Shown: positions 43,500 through 57,639 of the stretch, piece after piece
Position numbering within the stretch: the stretch's first letter is position 1
How the letters are laid out: each line of letters starts with the position of its first letter
From: the human T2T-CHM13v2.0 reference genome, Homo sapiens
DNA length: 64,000 nt
Assembly: GCF_009914755.1 (NCBI RefSeq)
Contig: NC_060925.1
Reading direction: 5' to 3' (one strand)
Translations under genes and position numbers: made by a program
Notes under the pieces: model-generated
The model's input: only the letters and a program-made list of their open reading frames with translations
Databases searched by the model: none
Told to the model about the DNA's origin: nothing

Positions 43500-45044
43500 A
43501 ATTTTTTACAAAAATAGAAAAACAATCTTATAATTCATATGAAACCACAAAAGACCCCAAATAGCCAAAGCAAACTTGAGCAAGAACAAAGCTGGAGGCC
43601 TCACATTTTCTGATTTCAAAATATATTACCAAGCTACAGTAATCAAAACAGTACAGTACTGGCATAAAAGCAGACATATAGACCAATGGAACAGACTATA
43701 GAGCCTGAAATAAAACCATGCATTCATGGCCAACTGATCTTCAACAATAGTGCCAAGAACATAAAATGGGGGAAAATAGTCTCTTTAATAAATGATGTTA
43801 GGAAAACTGGATATTCATACCCAGAAGAACAACATGGAACCTTAAACTCACACCTTATACAAAAGTCAACTCAAAATGGATTAAAGACTTAAATATAAGA
43901 CTACTAGAAGAAATTTCACTGGGAAAAATCTTTATATTGGTCTGGGCAATGATTTTTTGGATTTGACACTAAAATCACAGACAACAAAAGCAAAAATGGA
44001 CAAATGGGATTTGCACTGAACTAAGAGTCTTCAGCAAAGCAAAGGAAACAATCAACAGGGTGAAAAAGAGTAGGAGAAAATATTTACAAACCATAGATTA
44101 GAGAAGGGGTTAATATTCAAAATACATGAGGAGTTTGTGCAACTCAGTAGCAAAACTCCCCAAAAACCTGATGGAAAAATGGGCAAAAGACCTGAATCAA
44201 CATTTCTCCAAACAAGACATACAGATGCTCAACAGATATATGAAAAGATGCTCAGCATCACTAGTCATCAGGAAAATGCATATCAAAACCACTCCTCTCA
44301 CCTGCTGGAATGGCTGTTAACAGAAGAGATAACAGTGTTGGCAAGAATGCTGAGAAAAGGGAACCCATGTACATAGTTGGTGGGATTGTAAATGGTTACA
44401 GTCATTATGCAAAAACAGTATGGAGGTTCCACAAAAAGTTAAAACAATAATATGTTATGATCCAGCAATCCTACTTTTGGGTGTATATCCAAAGAAATGA
44501 AATCAGGATTTCAAAGAGATACCTGTTTTCCCATGTTCATTTCAGAATTGTTCATAATAGTCAAGATATGTAAACAACCTAAATGCCCATCAGTGGATGA
44601 AAAGTTAAAGAAAATGTGGTGTATTATATATACAATGGAATATTATTTAGCCCCAAAAGAAGAAAATTCTGCCATTTGTGAAAACATGGATGACCCTGGA
44701 GGACATTATTCAAAATGAAACAGGCCAGACACAGAAAGACAAACTCACAGGGACTGAGGGAAGAGGAAATGGGGAGATGTTGGTCAAAAGTTTCAGTTAT
44801 GCAGGATGAATAAGTTCAGATCTAACATACAACAAAGGGACTATAGTTAACAATACTTTATTGTATACTTGAAATTTGCTAGGAGGATAGATCTCAAGTG
44901 TTCTTGCACCTCATTTCCCCCAAAAAGAAAATGGTAATTATCTGAGGAGACAGCATGTTAATTAGCTTATATACATATAAAATTATCAAACTACACACCT
45001 TCAATATATACAATTTTTAATTGCCAAATATACATCCATAAAAT
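43500..45044 (+). mobile_element. L1MA (about L1MA8/9) 3' part of ORF2 plus 3'UTR
   Basis: Decayed ORF2 peptides (EKWAKDLNQHFSKQDIQM; KQPKCPSVDE) and an L1MA-type 3'UTR (ggggagatgttggtcaaa, ttgaaatttgcta). Confidence 0.88.
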
Positions 45045-45634
45045 TAACTATATCTGTCGGTAAAAAAAAAACAACTTACTTTATATTTTAACTCAATTTA
45101 ATGGCCTCTAAAAACTCTTCTAACCCCAAATCTCATGGTTATATATTTTCAAGCAGCTTCTTTAGGGCAATTTGAAAATGTCACCATCCATTGGTTGACA
45201 AGGAAACTCTCCATCAGGACTGCTCCGAATCTGTTGGTCAGCTTTTTGGTGACCAGTCACAGAAAGATGGTGTGCTCTGCGGAGACCCAGTTTTTACCTC
45301 TGGTAGCCCCATTTGGTTACTTAGCAATATCTGTTGTGTCCCACATAGCCAGACTCTGCAGAAAATGTGGGTTCACAAAGAGAGAAGACCCCCTTAAAGC
45401 CTCCATCACCATGGCATTAGAGACTCTTTCACAATGGTAAGCATATTTCACATTTAATAGAAGCCATTTGAATTGAGTGGCTCTTGCACCCAAGAGATGA
45501 TGAGGTCATTTATGTAATAATAACTTATTATTTTGAAGCAATTTTATCTCTGGGGTTTCATTTCATCTTCTTTCAATGTGGTTCAGTATATTGGGACTGG
45601 ATAAAAAAGCTGGGTCACAGAAAGGCTAAGTGAC

Positions 45635-45980
45635 TGTATTAGTGACTTAATGCTGGCTGCACCAGAGAAACCACAATATATCAATGACTTAACACAATAA
45701 AACGGTATTTTTCATGTCACAATTAGATGCGACTCAGTGGTCTTTCTCCATCTTGTAGCTATGCCATCTGGAACATGAGGCCTCCAAGGTCACAGAGGAG
45801 GGCAAGAGACAGACTGAGGAGGCACACTGGCTCCTCACTGCCTTGTTCTGAAGGTGACACAGATGACTTCTGTTCACATTTCATCAGCAAACTCTAGTCA
45901 CTGTATCCCAACCCAACTGCAGGGGGGCTGGGGAAGTTAGAGGAACACATGAGTTTTTGGTGAGCACTATCTCTGACCTG
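45635..45980 (-). mobile_element. Old MLT1 (MaLR) solo LTR (MLT1K/L-like) inserted in a MIR
   Basis: Begins tgtattagt and contains tgacttaacacaataaa, ttctgttcacatttcat and caactgcaggggggctggggaa. MIR halves lie on both sides. Confidence 0.6.
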
Positions 45981-48241
45981 ATGACTAGGGTCACTTAGCC
46001 ACTTAGTGGCTTAACTAGAACTAGAAATTGAGTCTTCTGATTTCCAGCATTTAATTCTCTGCTGTGAACTCTGCTGTCTAATTTTCCTGTTGAGATGGAA
46101 TGTGGTGTTTAGGCATCAACCCAGAGTATTTTGGGAGCCAGGGGTCTTGGAACCAAAGATTTGGGCCATGCTATGTCTTCTTATAGGATTTTATAATTTT
46201 TTTTTTCATAGGTTATCTGGACAAAGATTACCAAATTGAGAGGAGGGGATGTCTGTGAACAGTTATGAAATCTGGAACCACAGGAATCTACTGTAGAGAA
46301 AGGTGTGGTAGTGTGAGATAGAGGAGAGTAAACCAAAAAGATTTTTCACTTAGTGGCCTGCCAGGGTCAGCCAGGCTGCAGACTAATAATCTGGCTGTTC
46401 TTCAAACCTGTATTTATTAAATATTTGCTCATCATTTATTTAGAGGAGAGGATGGATGCTCCATGGAAAACGGCAAAGAAAGAAAACAGCTGGTGGCAGA
46501 TAGCACACACTGTCAATTGTCCCAAACAAATTTAGCCCTGTCCCAAATGGGCCCGTTGTTCTTGCAAAGCAAAATGCCTGCAGTTAAATGGACCCATCAC
46601 TTAGAAGGCAGTTAGCAGTCTTGAGAGACTCATTCCCTTATCCCCAAGGAACTTACAGAATATTATAATTCTGGAAATAAAATTTCCCACATTTTACTGC
46701 CTTGCTAAGGATATTTTGATGTTTATTATTGCTTGGTGCTCCAAGTATGTTCTCTCTATAGAAGAGCTTGAGACACCTAGATGCATTACTGGAATGGTCT
46801 GGGAGTGGGCACCCATTGCCTCCTTCTATTTGGGATACGTATGTCCAATCCCTCTGACCTGATGTGTGTAATCTACAGAGAGGGGCTGCTTTGACGTGAT
46901 CTATTTCCTTCTAACCTTCTAAATTCTGTATTTTCAGGAGAGCACAACTACCGTTTCTGTAGTGCTTCAAGATACCCTGTTCTCAGCCCAGAGAATCATC
47001 CCTAGATATCCAGGAAATGAGATACAGGAACCTGCAATGATAAGGTTTAGAGTGGGAAATGTTTATGCAAAAAGTTAATGTACTTATGAGAACTTTGATT
47101 TTTGCATTTCTTGACTTACTCAAAGAACCTTGCTCAGCAATACATTGTCATAATTTTATATGGGTGTTGTTCACACACACCCTGATAGCTTTCTGTCATG
47201 GTTACTAGGAGAGAGAGCAAGACAAAATAACAGAATATTGTCTTTCATTCGTGCATGTCAAAGAGTACTAAACAAGAATATGTGCATTTAAGTAGATTCT
47301 TTTCTGATATAGACTCTCCAATTAGAATTTGGTTTACTCAGGAAAAAATCAGTGACTTGTTTTTATCTCACACAGCTGTGAGAAAATAAGCCTACCAAAC
47401 TATACAAATGATTGAGAACATTTGTTTCTCAGCATTTTAGGCTGGCTGGTGGCAATACAGAGTAAAATAGCCTTCAGACAGTACTTTTCCAAGCCTTTCT
47501 CCTCCTTACGAAGGCCTAGGTGGAAGGCCTTCATAAGGAGGCCTAAATAAGGAGGCCTTCATATGAAGGTCTAAATGTTAGAGAGGCACTTATTTGATTT
47601 ATTCAAAAAGGAATGAATTTGTAGAGATGTCCCAGAAAAAAAATAGTAAGCTATGCTATCAGAGAACAGGGAACCTGTCCCACCATAGGACAGGGCCTAT
47701 GAAAATAGATGAGTTTTAAGTTCTCTCATTAATTGAATTAATTAGTGAATGAAAATCCCCTCTTCATTATTCAAATACATATTGAATTTCTGCAATATGT
47801 TCTACTATTGCCTTGGTTATTATTCTTAACAGCCAATTGTAAAATGTGGGGAGATTTTACTATTAAACAATACACTCTCACATTTTTCCTTCTCCATCAG
47901 CACATCTCATATTACCCACTGTAAAACTGTACATGTAGTTATTGGTTCAAGGACACATCTCATTGGTGCTGTGTGGGAATGCATAGGGGGAGGTAGGGGT
48001 GGGGGAGAGAGACAGAGTATGAGAGAGATTGAGATTAAAGAGATCCCTGCAATCAGTTGTGGAAAGTCACAAACAAGCCTTCACATTACACAAGGATCTG
48101 GTCACAGGTTTGCACCACTAGACAGTTCTTTCAGGGGTCAATCTCTTTCTTTAGCCAATGGCCCATCTTCTGGGCCCTGATTCTTGTGGCCAGGGATATT
48201 TTGGCATCCCATGCTATTTTCACCTTCCTATTGAAGGTTGA

Positions 48242-50597
48242 TATATTAGTCTGTTTCCACCCTGCTGATAAAGACATACCTGAGTCTGGGCAATTTACAA
48301 AAGAAAGAGGTTTAATTGGACTTACAGTTCTACGTGGCTGGGGAAGCCTCACAATCATGGTGGAAGGCAAGGAGGAGCACGTCCTGTCTTACATGAATGG
48401 CAGCAGGCAAAGAGAGAATGAGAAAGCTGTAAAAGTGGAAACACCTGATAAAACCATCAACTCTTGTGAGACTTATTCACTACCATGAGAACATTATGAG
48501 GGAACCACCCTCATGATTCAATTATCTCCCACCGGGTCCCTTCTACAAGGCATGGGAATTATGGGAGTGCAACTCAAGATGAGATTTGGGTGGGGACACA
48601 GAGCCAAACCATATTATTCTGCCCCTAGCCCCTGCCAAATCTCATTTTTTCACATTTCAAAACCAGTCATGCTTTCCCAACAGTCCCCAAAGTTTTAACT
48701 TATTTCAGAATTAACTCAAAATTCCACAGTCCAAAGTCTCGTCTGAGACAAGGCAAGACCCTTCCACCTATGAGCCTATAAAATCAAAAGCAAGCTAGTT
48801 ATTTCCTAGATACAATTGGGGTACAGACATTGGGTAAATACAACCATTCCAGATGGGAGAAATTGGCCAAAATAAAGGGGCTGCAGGGCCCATGCAACTC
48901 TGCAATCCATTGGGGCAGTCAAATCTTAAAGCTCCAAAATGATCTCCTTTAACTCCATGTCTCACATACAGGTCACACTGATGCAAGAGGTCGGTTCCCA
49001 TGGTCTTGGGCAGCTCTGCTCCTGTGGTTTTGCAGGGTATAGCCCCACTCCCAGCTGCTTTCACAGGCTGGCATTGAGTGTCTGCGGCTTTTCCAGGTGC
49101 ACAGTGCAAGCTGTCTGTGGATCTACCATTCTGGAGTCTGGAGGACGGTGGCCCTCTTCTCACAGCTCCACTAGGTGGTGCCCCAGTAGGGACTCTGTGT
49201 GGGGGCTCTGACCCCACATTTCCCTTCCACACTGTCCTAGCAGAGGTTCTGTATGAGAGGCCCACCCCTGCAGCAAACTTCTGCCTGGGCATCCAGGTGT
49301 TTCCTTACATCTTCTGAAATCTAGGCGGAGGTTCCCTAACCTAAATTCTTGATTTCTGTGCACCCACAGGCCCAACACCACGTGGAAGCTGCCAAGGCTT
49401 GGGGTTTGCACCATCTGAAGCCATGGCCTGAACTCTATGTTAGCCCCTTTCCACCATAGCTGGAGCTGCTTGGACACAGAGCACCAAGTCCCTAGGCTGC
49501 ACACAGGTGGGGACCCTGGGCCCGGCCCACAAAACCACTTTTTCCTCCTAGGCCTGTGATAGGAGGGGCTGCTGTGAAGACCTCTGACATGCCCTGGAGA
49601 CATTTTCCCCATTGTCTTGAGGATTAACATTTGGCTCCTTGTTAGTTATGCAAATTTCTACAACCAGCTTGAATATCTCCTTAAAAAATGGGATTTTCTT
49701 TTCTATCACATGGTCAGGGTCCAAATTTTTCAAACTTTTATGCTCTGTCTCCGTTTTAAAACTGAATGCTTTTAACATCACTCAAGTCACCTCTTGAGTG
49801 CGTTGCTGCTTAGAAATTTCTTTCGCCAGATATCCTAAATCATCTCTCTCAAGTTCAAAGTTCCACAAATCTCTAGGACAGGGGAAAAATGCCACCAGTC
49901 TCTTTGCTAAAACATAACAAGAGTCACCTTTGCTCCAGTTCCCAACAAGTTCCTTATCTCCATCTGAGACCACCTCAGCCTGGACCTTATTGTCCATATC
50001 GCTATCAGCATTTTTGTCAAACCATTCAACAAGTCTCTAGGAAGTTCCGAACTTTTCCACATTTTTCTGTCTTCTTCTGAGCCCTCCAAACTGTTCCAAC
50101 CTCCGCCTGTTACCCAGTTCCAAAGTTCCTTCCAAATTTTTGGGTATCTTTTCAGCAATGCCCCACTCTACGGGTACCAATTTACTGCGTCAGTCCGTTT
50201 TCATGCTGCTGATAAAGACATACCCAAAACAACAACAACAACAACAACAAAAAGACATACCCAAAACTGGGCAATTTACAAAAGAAAGAGGTTTAATTGG
50301 ACCCACAGTTCCACAGGGGTGGGGAGGCCTCACAATCATAGTGGAAGGCAAGGAGGAGCAAGTCCCATCTTATGTGGATGGCAGCAGGCAAAGAGAGAAT
50401 GAGGAAGCCCCAAAAGTGGAAACCCCTCATAAAACCATCAGATCTCATAAGACTTATCCATTACCACAAAAACATTATGGGGAAACCACCCTTGTGATTC
50501 AATTATCTCCCAGAGGGTCTCTTCCTCAACACATGGGAATTATGGGAGTGCAATTCAAGGTGAGATTTGGGTGGGGACACAGAGCCAAACCATATCA
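48242..50597 (-). mobile_element. Full-length THE1 (probably THE1A) MaLR provirus: 3' LTR 48242-48616, internal 48617-50185, 5' LTR 50186-50597
   Basis: Two homologous LTRs ending ...gggtggggacacagagccaaaccatat(c/t)a, with a THE1-int body between them. 5-bp TSD gttga (48237-48241) / gttgg (50598-50602). Confidence 0.95.
50228..50250. repeat. (AAC)n microsatellite inside the THE1 5' LTR
   Basis: About 7 AAC units flanked by a 17-bp direct repeat. Confidence 0.9.
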
Positions 50598-52984
50598 GTT
50601 GGGTTATTGTTTTTTCTTTTGGTTCCTTTCCTTACAGGGAATGTGGAGTGTAGTTAGAGAATCCAGCTTTGATCAGCTTGGGAGATAAATTTTCCTCCAG
50701 TCATATAATTTTGCCCATTCCACCAAGTCTAGATGTCTCTGGTTCTCTTGCCTCACTCCCCCCACATCACCCTTCTCTCTTCCCGCTTGCACCATATGGC
50801 ATATCTCTTTCTCTATCCCTAATCCCTTCTCTTGGACTCAAGAAGCCTCAATAAACTGCCATACTCAAAGAAATGTATTCATAATATTAATGTTCCATGT
50901 TGGCAGAAAATGGTGGTGGGAGGCAGATTAGAGAAAGAGAAAGACCAAGCACCCAGCAAATGTCTAAGTGCCATTGTTTGATGCCCACATTCAGAGAGAA
51001 GCAAGACCACTAGGACCTCTGAGATCCTCTGGCATAGCCATCTTGTCTTATAGAAAAGGAAACTGAAGAGCATAGAATTGAGAGGTGACAAGCACTTAAA
51101 TAGCCCCCATCTCTTGGCTCCTGGCCCAGTGTTCCTCTGCAACTCATAGCTGCCCCTGTAGCCACTGGCCATTTTTTCCCCCAAACCCGGGGCAGGCTTA
51201 GGAAGAGTTCTTCTTCCATTTCTACCAGGAGCAGATCACACAGGAATTTTCTACTTTGATCCAACTCCCAGGCCCAGTTGATTATCCATGTAACTCTCTT
51301 AGAAGGGGAATAAAATTCCTTCTAAAGGCAGGGAGCTGGGAGGGGTCAGCCTAAGAATCATTAGGCTGTTAGTACTAAGCTCCTCTCAAACTCCTGGGTT
51401 ATTGCCCTGGCATTCCCAAGAATGCCAGCAAGTCCTCAACACTTTCAGAAGCTTGTTTTTGAATGTGTACCTGCTGATTAATTAATTGAAGAAAGCTACT
51501 GGAGCACAAACATAATCTCACCCTGTGTTAGTCATTCCTGGATGGGGAATGTGTTCCTGGGAAGGCAGTCATGTTAATGTTGGCAATTTCTATTCTGCTC
51601 ATGTCTCCAGAGCCCATCACTGTGGCCCACAGAGCATGAGCTCATGAGCTCATGGTTTAATTGGGTTAGAAATTAAATGAATGCTTTTTTTCTTCTAAAG
51701 GAGAAGGAGAGCCGCCCCATACTAAGACTAGCAATTAAAACTGCAAGAAGATAACTTGGCAGGAGTCTCAACAGTGAGGCACACACGAAGTGGAGAGGAA
51801 CAAATGCTCTTATCTCCAGCAAGAGCAAGAAAGTTTGACAGGTAGCAGTTCTCAACACAGATAGCTGAGGGGTGGAGGGTGAGATGGATTTACAATAATC
51901 TCAATAAACTCAAAGACACACATGTGAGAGAAAGGGAAGGATAAATGATATCGTACTTAATGTGTTTGTTCTTCCATGAAGACAAAAGAAACTTCTGGAT
52001 GAAACATCTAGTTAGTTGAGATGATTCTAAAGCTCCTTCCAAATCTAAATTATGATGTCACATGAAACTCAAACCTACATCACCAGCTGATAGAGTCACA
52101 CACCCCGTATCCTCAAAATCCTTGTTATTTATTTCTGGGAGTTCCCAAATGGGTGTCTCATGTGTGTCCCCAGTCCAGTCATTCAGCTACAGCCAGTGTG
52201 AGGAGCCTTCGACTTCCCATTTCTTGTGCCCAAGAGCCCCTTGAAGAGGAACCACTGCTGGAACTGCTCACATCTGGCATGCCAGTGTCCCTCCAGGGGT
52301 GCTACCTCCCAAAGCTTCCAAAGCTGCCAGGCCTCTAGGCAAAGGTGAGGAGAATGTGTTACTCAGTGTCTCAAAAGTCTCCTAAAAAAAGGTTCTGACC
52401 TCTGGTCTTCATCTTTCCAACCATAAAAATTCAGACCAAAGGACCATATGAACAATTCAACCAACAAATCTTTGTTGATTGCCTAGTATGTGCCTGGTAC
52501 TTTTCCAGAAGCTGAGATGCAGTAATGAACACATAGAAATGATCCCTGCCTCCTTTTCTCTTCTCTGCTTCTAGCTCCCATCCCTCCAAACCCAATTATT
52601 TCACCTTCTCTAGTTATAAAACAAAAGTTCCCATGAATATTGATAAATGGAAAAGAGTTGCGAATGGGGTGTTGGGAAGAAATGAACTATCCATAGTAGC
52701 ATGGTTGGGGCTTCAGCTCACCTAGCCAAAGATGCCCTGTACATCTGAAAAATCCATATACCAAAATTGCATAGATAATTACTTTCTATGCAGCCAGTCA
52801 CAAGTTAATTTACCTGATAGTTTTCATATGTGGTAGAAGGAAGGCATTTGGAAGACCAGTTTAATAATACAGTAAATATGTTTGTTTTGAACATTTTGTG
52901 TATCTGCAAATATACAAAGGCATTTTGAACATTTGTATATTTGCAAAATGTGGTATGTTTTTCTCCTCCCCCCACATTGCCTCA

Positions 52985-54040
<1,056 letters not shown>

Positions 54041-55486
54041 GAAGGCACATGTCATGTGCTTTCATAATTCAGAACATTAATTTCATCATGCTGTATTGTA
54101 GCATTTGGTTTCTCTGGTAACATGCAATTTTGGTTTTTTGATGATGAAATAAAGTAATATATATATATAAGGTACAAATATGGCCCCTGGCCTATGATAA
54201 GCATTTGACTAGTGCTAATTACTGCCTATTTTCTATCTTTTCTACTCTAGCTACTTCTGAGAATGGTTTGCTACAGATAATAATAAAAACTGTGTATCCA
54301 TATACATAATTGGTTAAAATGAAAACGAAGATCAGAAATCATGTGTAGGAGGGGAAGATTGTAATTGGACAATAAATTAGATTATTACTGCAAGTAGGCA
54401 CTAATTCAACTTCTGTGCTTCCTAACAGGCAAGACAAAAAATGAAATTCCATAATTTATCAGGTTTTGTCTGGTAAGAGGAAACATCAATTTTCAGGAGA
54501 CCTAGACTTGTTCCTAGCACTAAATTCCTATTGATTCCTAATATAAGGAACTCTGATTATTAGTATATAATGTCCTCAACAGCAATTCAGCAGGTAATAC
54601 AGAGATAATCTTTGTTATTTCTTTTATTGATTCACAATAGAATTATTAAATAATAACTCAGTAAAGCCATTAAGGAAACAACATAGTTTAGTGAAATGAG
54701 CATTAGATAAGTTCTTAGAAAACTGAGTTTGAGTCCCAGTTGTACCCATGTGAGCTTAAGAACACTTAAACCTTTTGAACCTTACAAAATTGTTGTGAGA
54801 AGCAAATGAGATGATACGTTTAAAAACTCATTATAAGTTATAAAACATATATTCTTATATTACTGAAATCTGAGTGCTGAGTTAATTCAATCCAAGTTCA
54901 TAAAGCTTTAAACACTCAATATGAAAGGAAAATGATGCCTTTACTAATTCAATCAACAAATATTTACTGAAGGTCCTCTATGTCATTGTTATAGGCACTG
55001 AGTGGAAAAAAAAAAAAAAAAAAGAAAGCCCAGGCCCATTCTAATCAAGCTTTAATTCTAGTAGGGGAAGACAAATACATTTACTAAAATTAAGTAAGAA
55101 TAAGGGACATTAAAAAAAACTAAAAAAGAGTAAATGGATAAAAGAGTGAATCTAGAGAAACAAGGAGTTAACGTGTTCCCTGGCTGCCTTTGTCAAATAT
55201 CACTTTCCATCTGCATTTTTGACTGGAGTCTACTTCATGCATTTATTCATTACTTCAATCAACATTTACAGAGCTACTCCCACATGCTAGAGTCTGGGCA
55301 GTCAGTTGAATACCTGCCAGTTTATTATCATATTGATTCACTCACATCTTCTGACGTGCCATCTTGTGACCGGCAGCACACCTAGGTAGGACATCGATGT
55401 AGTTGGGGTGAAGAGCAAGGTGAGATGGTGGCCCTCAACCTTGCCCAAATCACCAAACTCCAAATCCAGTTTTTTCTCCCTCTGCC

Positions 55487-55487
55487 G

Positions 55488-55518
<31 letters not shown>

Positions 55519-55804
55519 TTCTGAGACGGGGTCTCCCTCTGTCGTCCAGGCTGGAGTGCAGTGGCATGCTCTCGGCTCACTGCAAGCTCCGCCTCCTGGG
55601 TTCACGCCATTCTCCTGCCTCAGCCTCCTGAGTAGCTGGGACTGCGGGCACCCGCCACCACGCCCAGCTAATTTTTTTATATTTTTAGTAGAGACGGGGT
55701 TTCACCGTGTTAGCCAGGATGGTCTCGATCTGCTGACCTCGTGATCCGCCCACCTCAACCTCCCAAAGTGCTGGGATTACAGGCGTGAGCCACCGCGCCC
55801 AGCC
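55487..55804 (-). mobile_element. AluY with (AAAAC)n tail
   Basis: AluY-type segments gcaagctccgcctcc, ttcacgccattctcc and gttagccaggatggtctcgatc. TSD ctccctctgcc at 55476-55486 and 55806-55816. Confidence 0.96.
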
Positions 55805-55828
55805 CCTCCCTCTGCCTTCTTATACCCA

Positions 55829-56196
55829 TGTATTAGTCTGCTATGATTGCCATAACAAAGCACCATAGAGTGGGTAGCTTAAACACAGAAGTTTATGGAG
55901 GTTAGAATTTGAAGATCAAGGTGTCAGCAAAGCTGAGGCCTCTCTCTGTGGCTTGAATATGACTGCCTTCTCACTAAATCTTCACATGGTCTTTCCTCTG
56001 TGTGCACACATCCCTGGTGTCTCTGTGTCCTCTTCTTTATAAGAACACCAGTTAGATTAGATTAGGGTCCACTGTAATGGCCTCATTTTAACTTAAACAT
56101 CACTTTAAAGTCCCTGTCTCCAAATGCACATGTTGAAGTTTTTGGGGTTAGGGCTTCAACTTATGAATTTTGGGGCACATAGTTCAGCCCATAATA
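55829..56196 (-). mobile_element. MLT1 (MLT1B-like) solo LTR
   Basis: tgtattagt...gccataacaaagcaccataga...aagatcaaggtgtcagca...ggggttagggcttcaac...ttcagcccataata, flanked by accca-like duplications. Confidence 0.85.
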
Positions 56197-57214
56197 CCCA
56201 TTTTCTTGCTCTAGTTGGGCTGTTCTGCCACCATTCCACGAACATTCCTAGTGTTTTTGAAGCCAGAAAGTCTCTTCCTCTCTCCTTATCAAATTCCCAT
56301 GCATCCTTCAAGGCCCAATGAGAATGCCATTTTTTCTGAGAAGCTTTGCCTGATCAGCCCAGCAGGCATGATAAGTCCCTCCTTGGCCTTTCTTTAACAT
56401 TTATAGCATGAATTAAAGTCCCTCGAATTGTACAGGTAAATGTATATGGTTTGTTTTTATGGTTAGAGTATAGACTTCTGGGGGGAAAGAATTAAATCTT
56501 AAATCTCCTTGTATCTTCTCTATATCATTTCCCTAGTATAGGCTGGCATAATATATACACATTAAATATATGTTATGTTATGAACATGAAATCTAGTAGC
56601 TCACTGATATGAAAACTTTCATTGGCAACTAAAGCAAGTATGTAAATAAGAAGATGCCTGTTGTTAAGTATACTTGCTCCAAAATGTGTTTCTTGTAGAT
56701 ATTTCTTATTATTCACTAAATTCTTACTTTCACTTTCAATTCTTATCTGCTGATAGAAATGTCTTCTCCATCAGAATGCAATTAATATGCTACCTTTGAG
56801 GAGGTAATTCTTTAGCTCAAAGTGATGTGTTGGGTTATAATTTTCATCATCTGCAATCATAGATTGAGTTTTCTGGAGGTTTTTAAAAAATTTTAAGTTG
56901 ACCAACTATCCAAAGTACCTAGGCATGGTACACAACCTTGAAGCCTTGATATGTAGCTGGTATCCCCTGCTTATTGTTGAAACGGGTGTAGAACTGATGA
57001 GGTGAGCTGTGGCTTCACAAATGGGATTTTGTGTGTGTGTGTGAAATGCAGCTCTGAAAGGACAGTTTGTACCCTATTGTTCTTTTTAAAACAAAAATTA
57101 CTCTTGTTAGAAAACAATAAAAGGCCCTTGCTGCCATTGCTGGGTATGTGTTTACCAGCCACCCGGTTTCTGTCTAGACTGTTGGTTGGATTGGTAGACA
57201 TCTCTCAAAAGCAG

Positions 57215-57450
57215 GTCAGCATAGTGGCTAACAGCCATGGTTTTGAGCCAGCCTGCCTGGGTGGAAGGCTTAGCTCTGCCCCTTAACAGCTTTATGGCCT
57301 TGACTACTCAACCTGTCTGTAAAGTGAGATTAATGAAAACCCCTTACTCATAGGACTGTTTGAGGACTCCGGGAGTTAGTATATGCAAAGAGCTTAGAAG
57401 AGAGGTAGGGAAACCTTAGCTATTCACTCAGTATTTGATGTTATTACTTT
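57215..57450 (+). mobile_element. MIR SINE
   Basis: agcatagtggctaacagccatggttttgagccag...ctctgcccctta...gcaaagagcttagaa. Confidence 0.75.
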
Positions 57451-57639
57451 CTGTGCCTTTGTGATAAACTCTCTCACTGATTCTAGCTCATGACTTGTAA
57501 AAGACCAGCCCTATCCATTTTATGCCTCCCACCCAACCCCACAAGGTGATCTTGCCTTGCTTAGCAAAGAATTTTTACCAAAATGCTTTTCTCTAAGGTA
57601 GTGAGCTTTAAATGGAACAAGTGTAACTTTAGATCAATT

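Noticed and set aside
50140-50688. 182-aa ORF with a polyglutamine run
   Set aside because: It starts at TTG and is antisense THE1 LTR sequence. The polyQ is simply the (AAC)n microsatellite.
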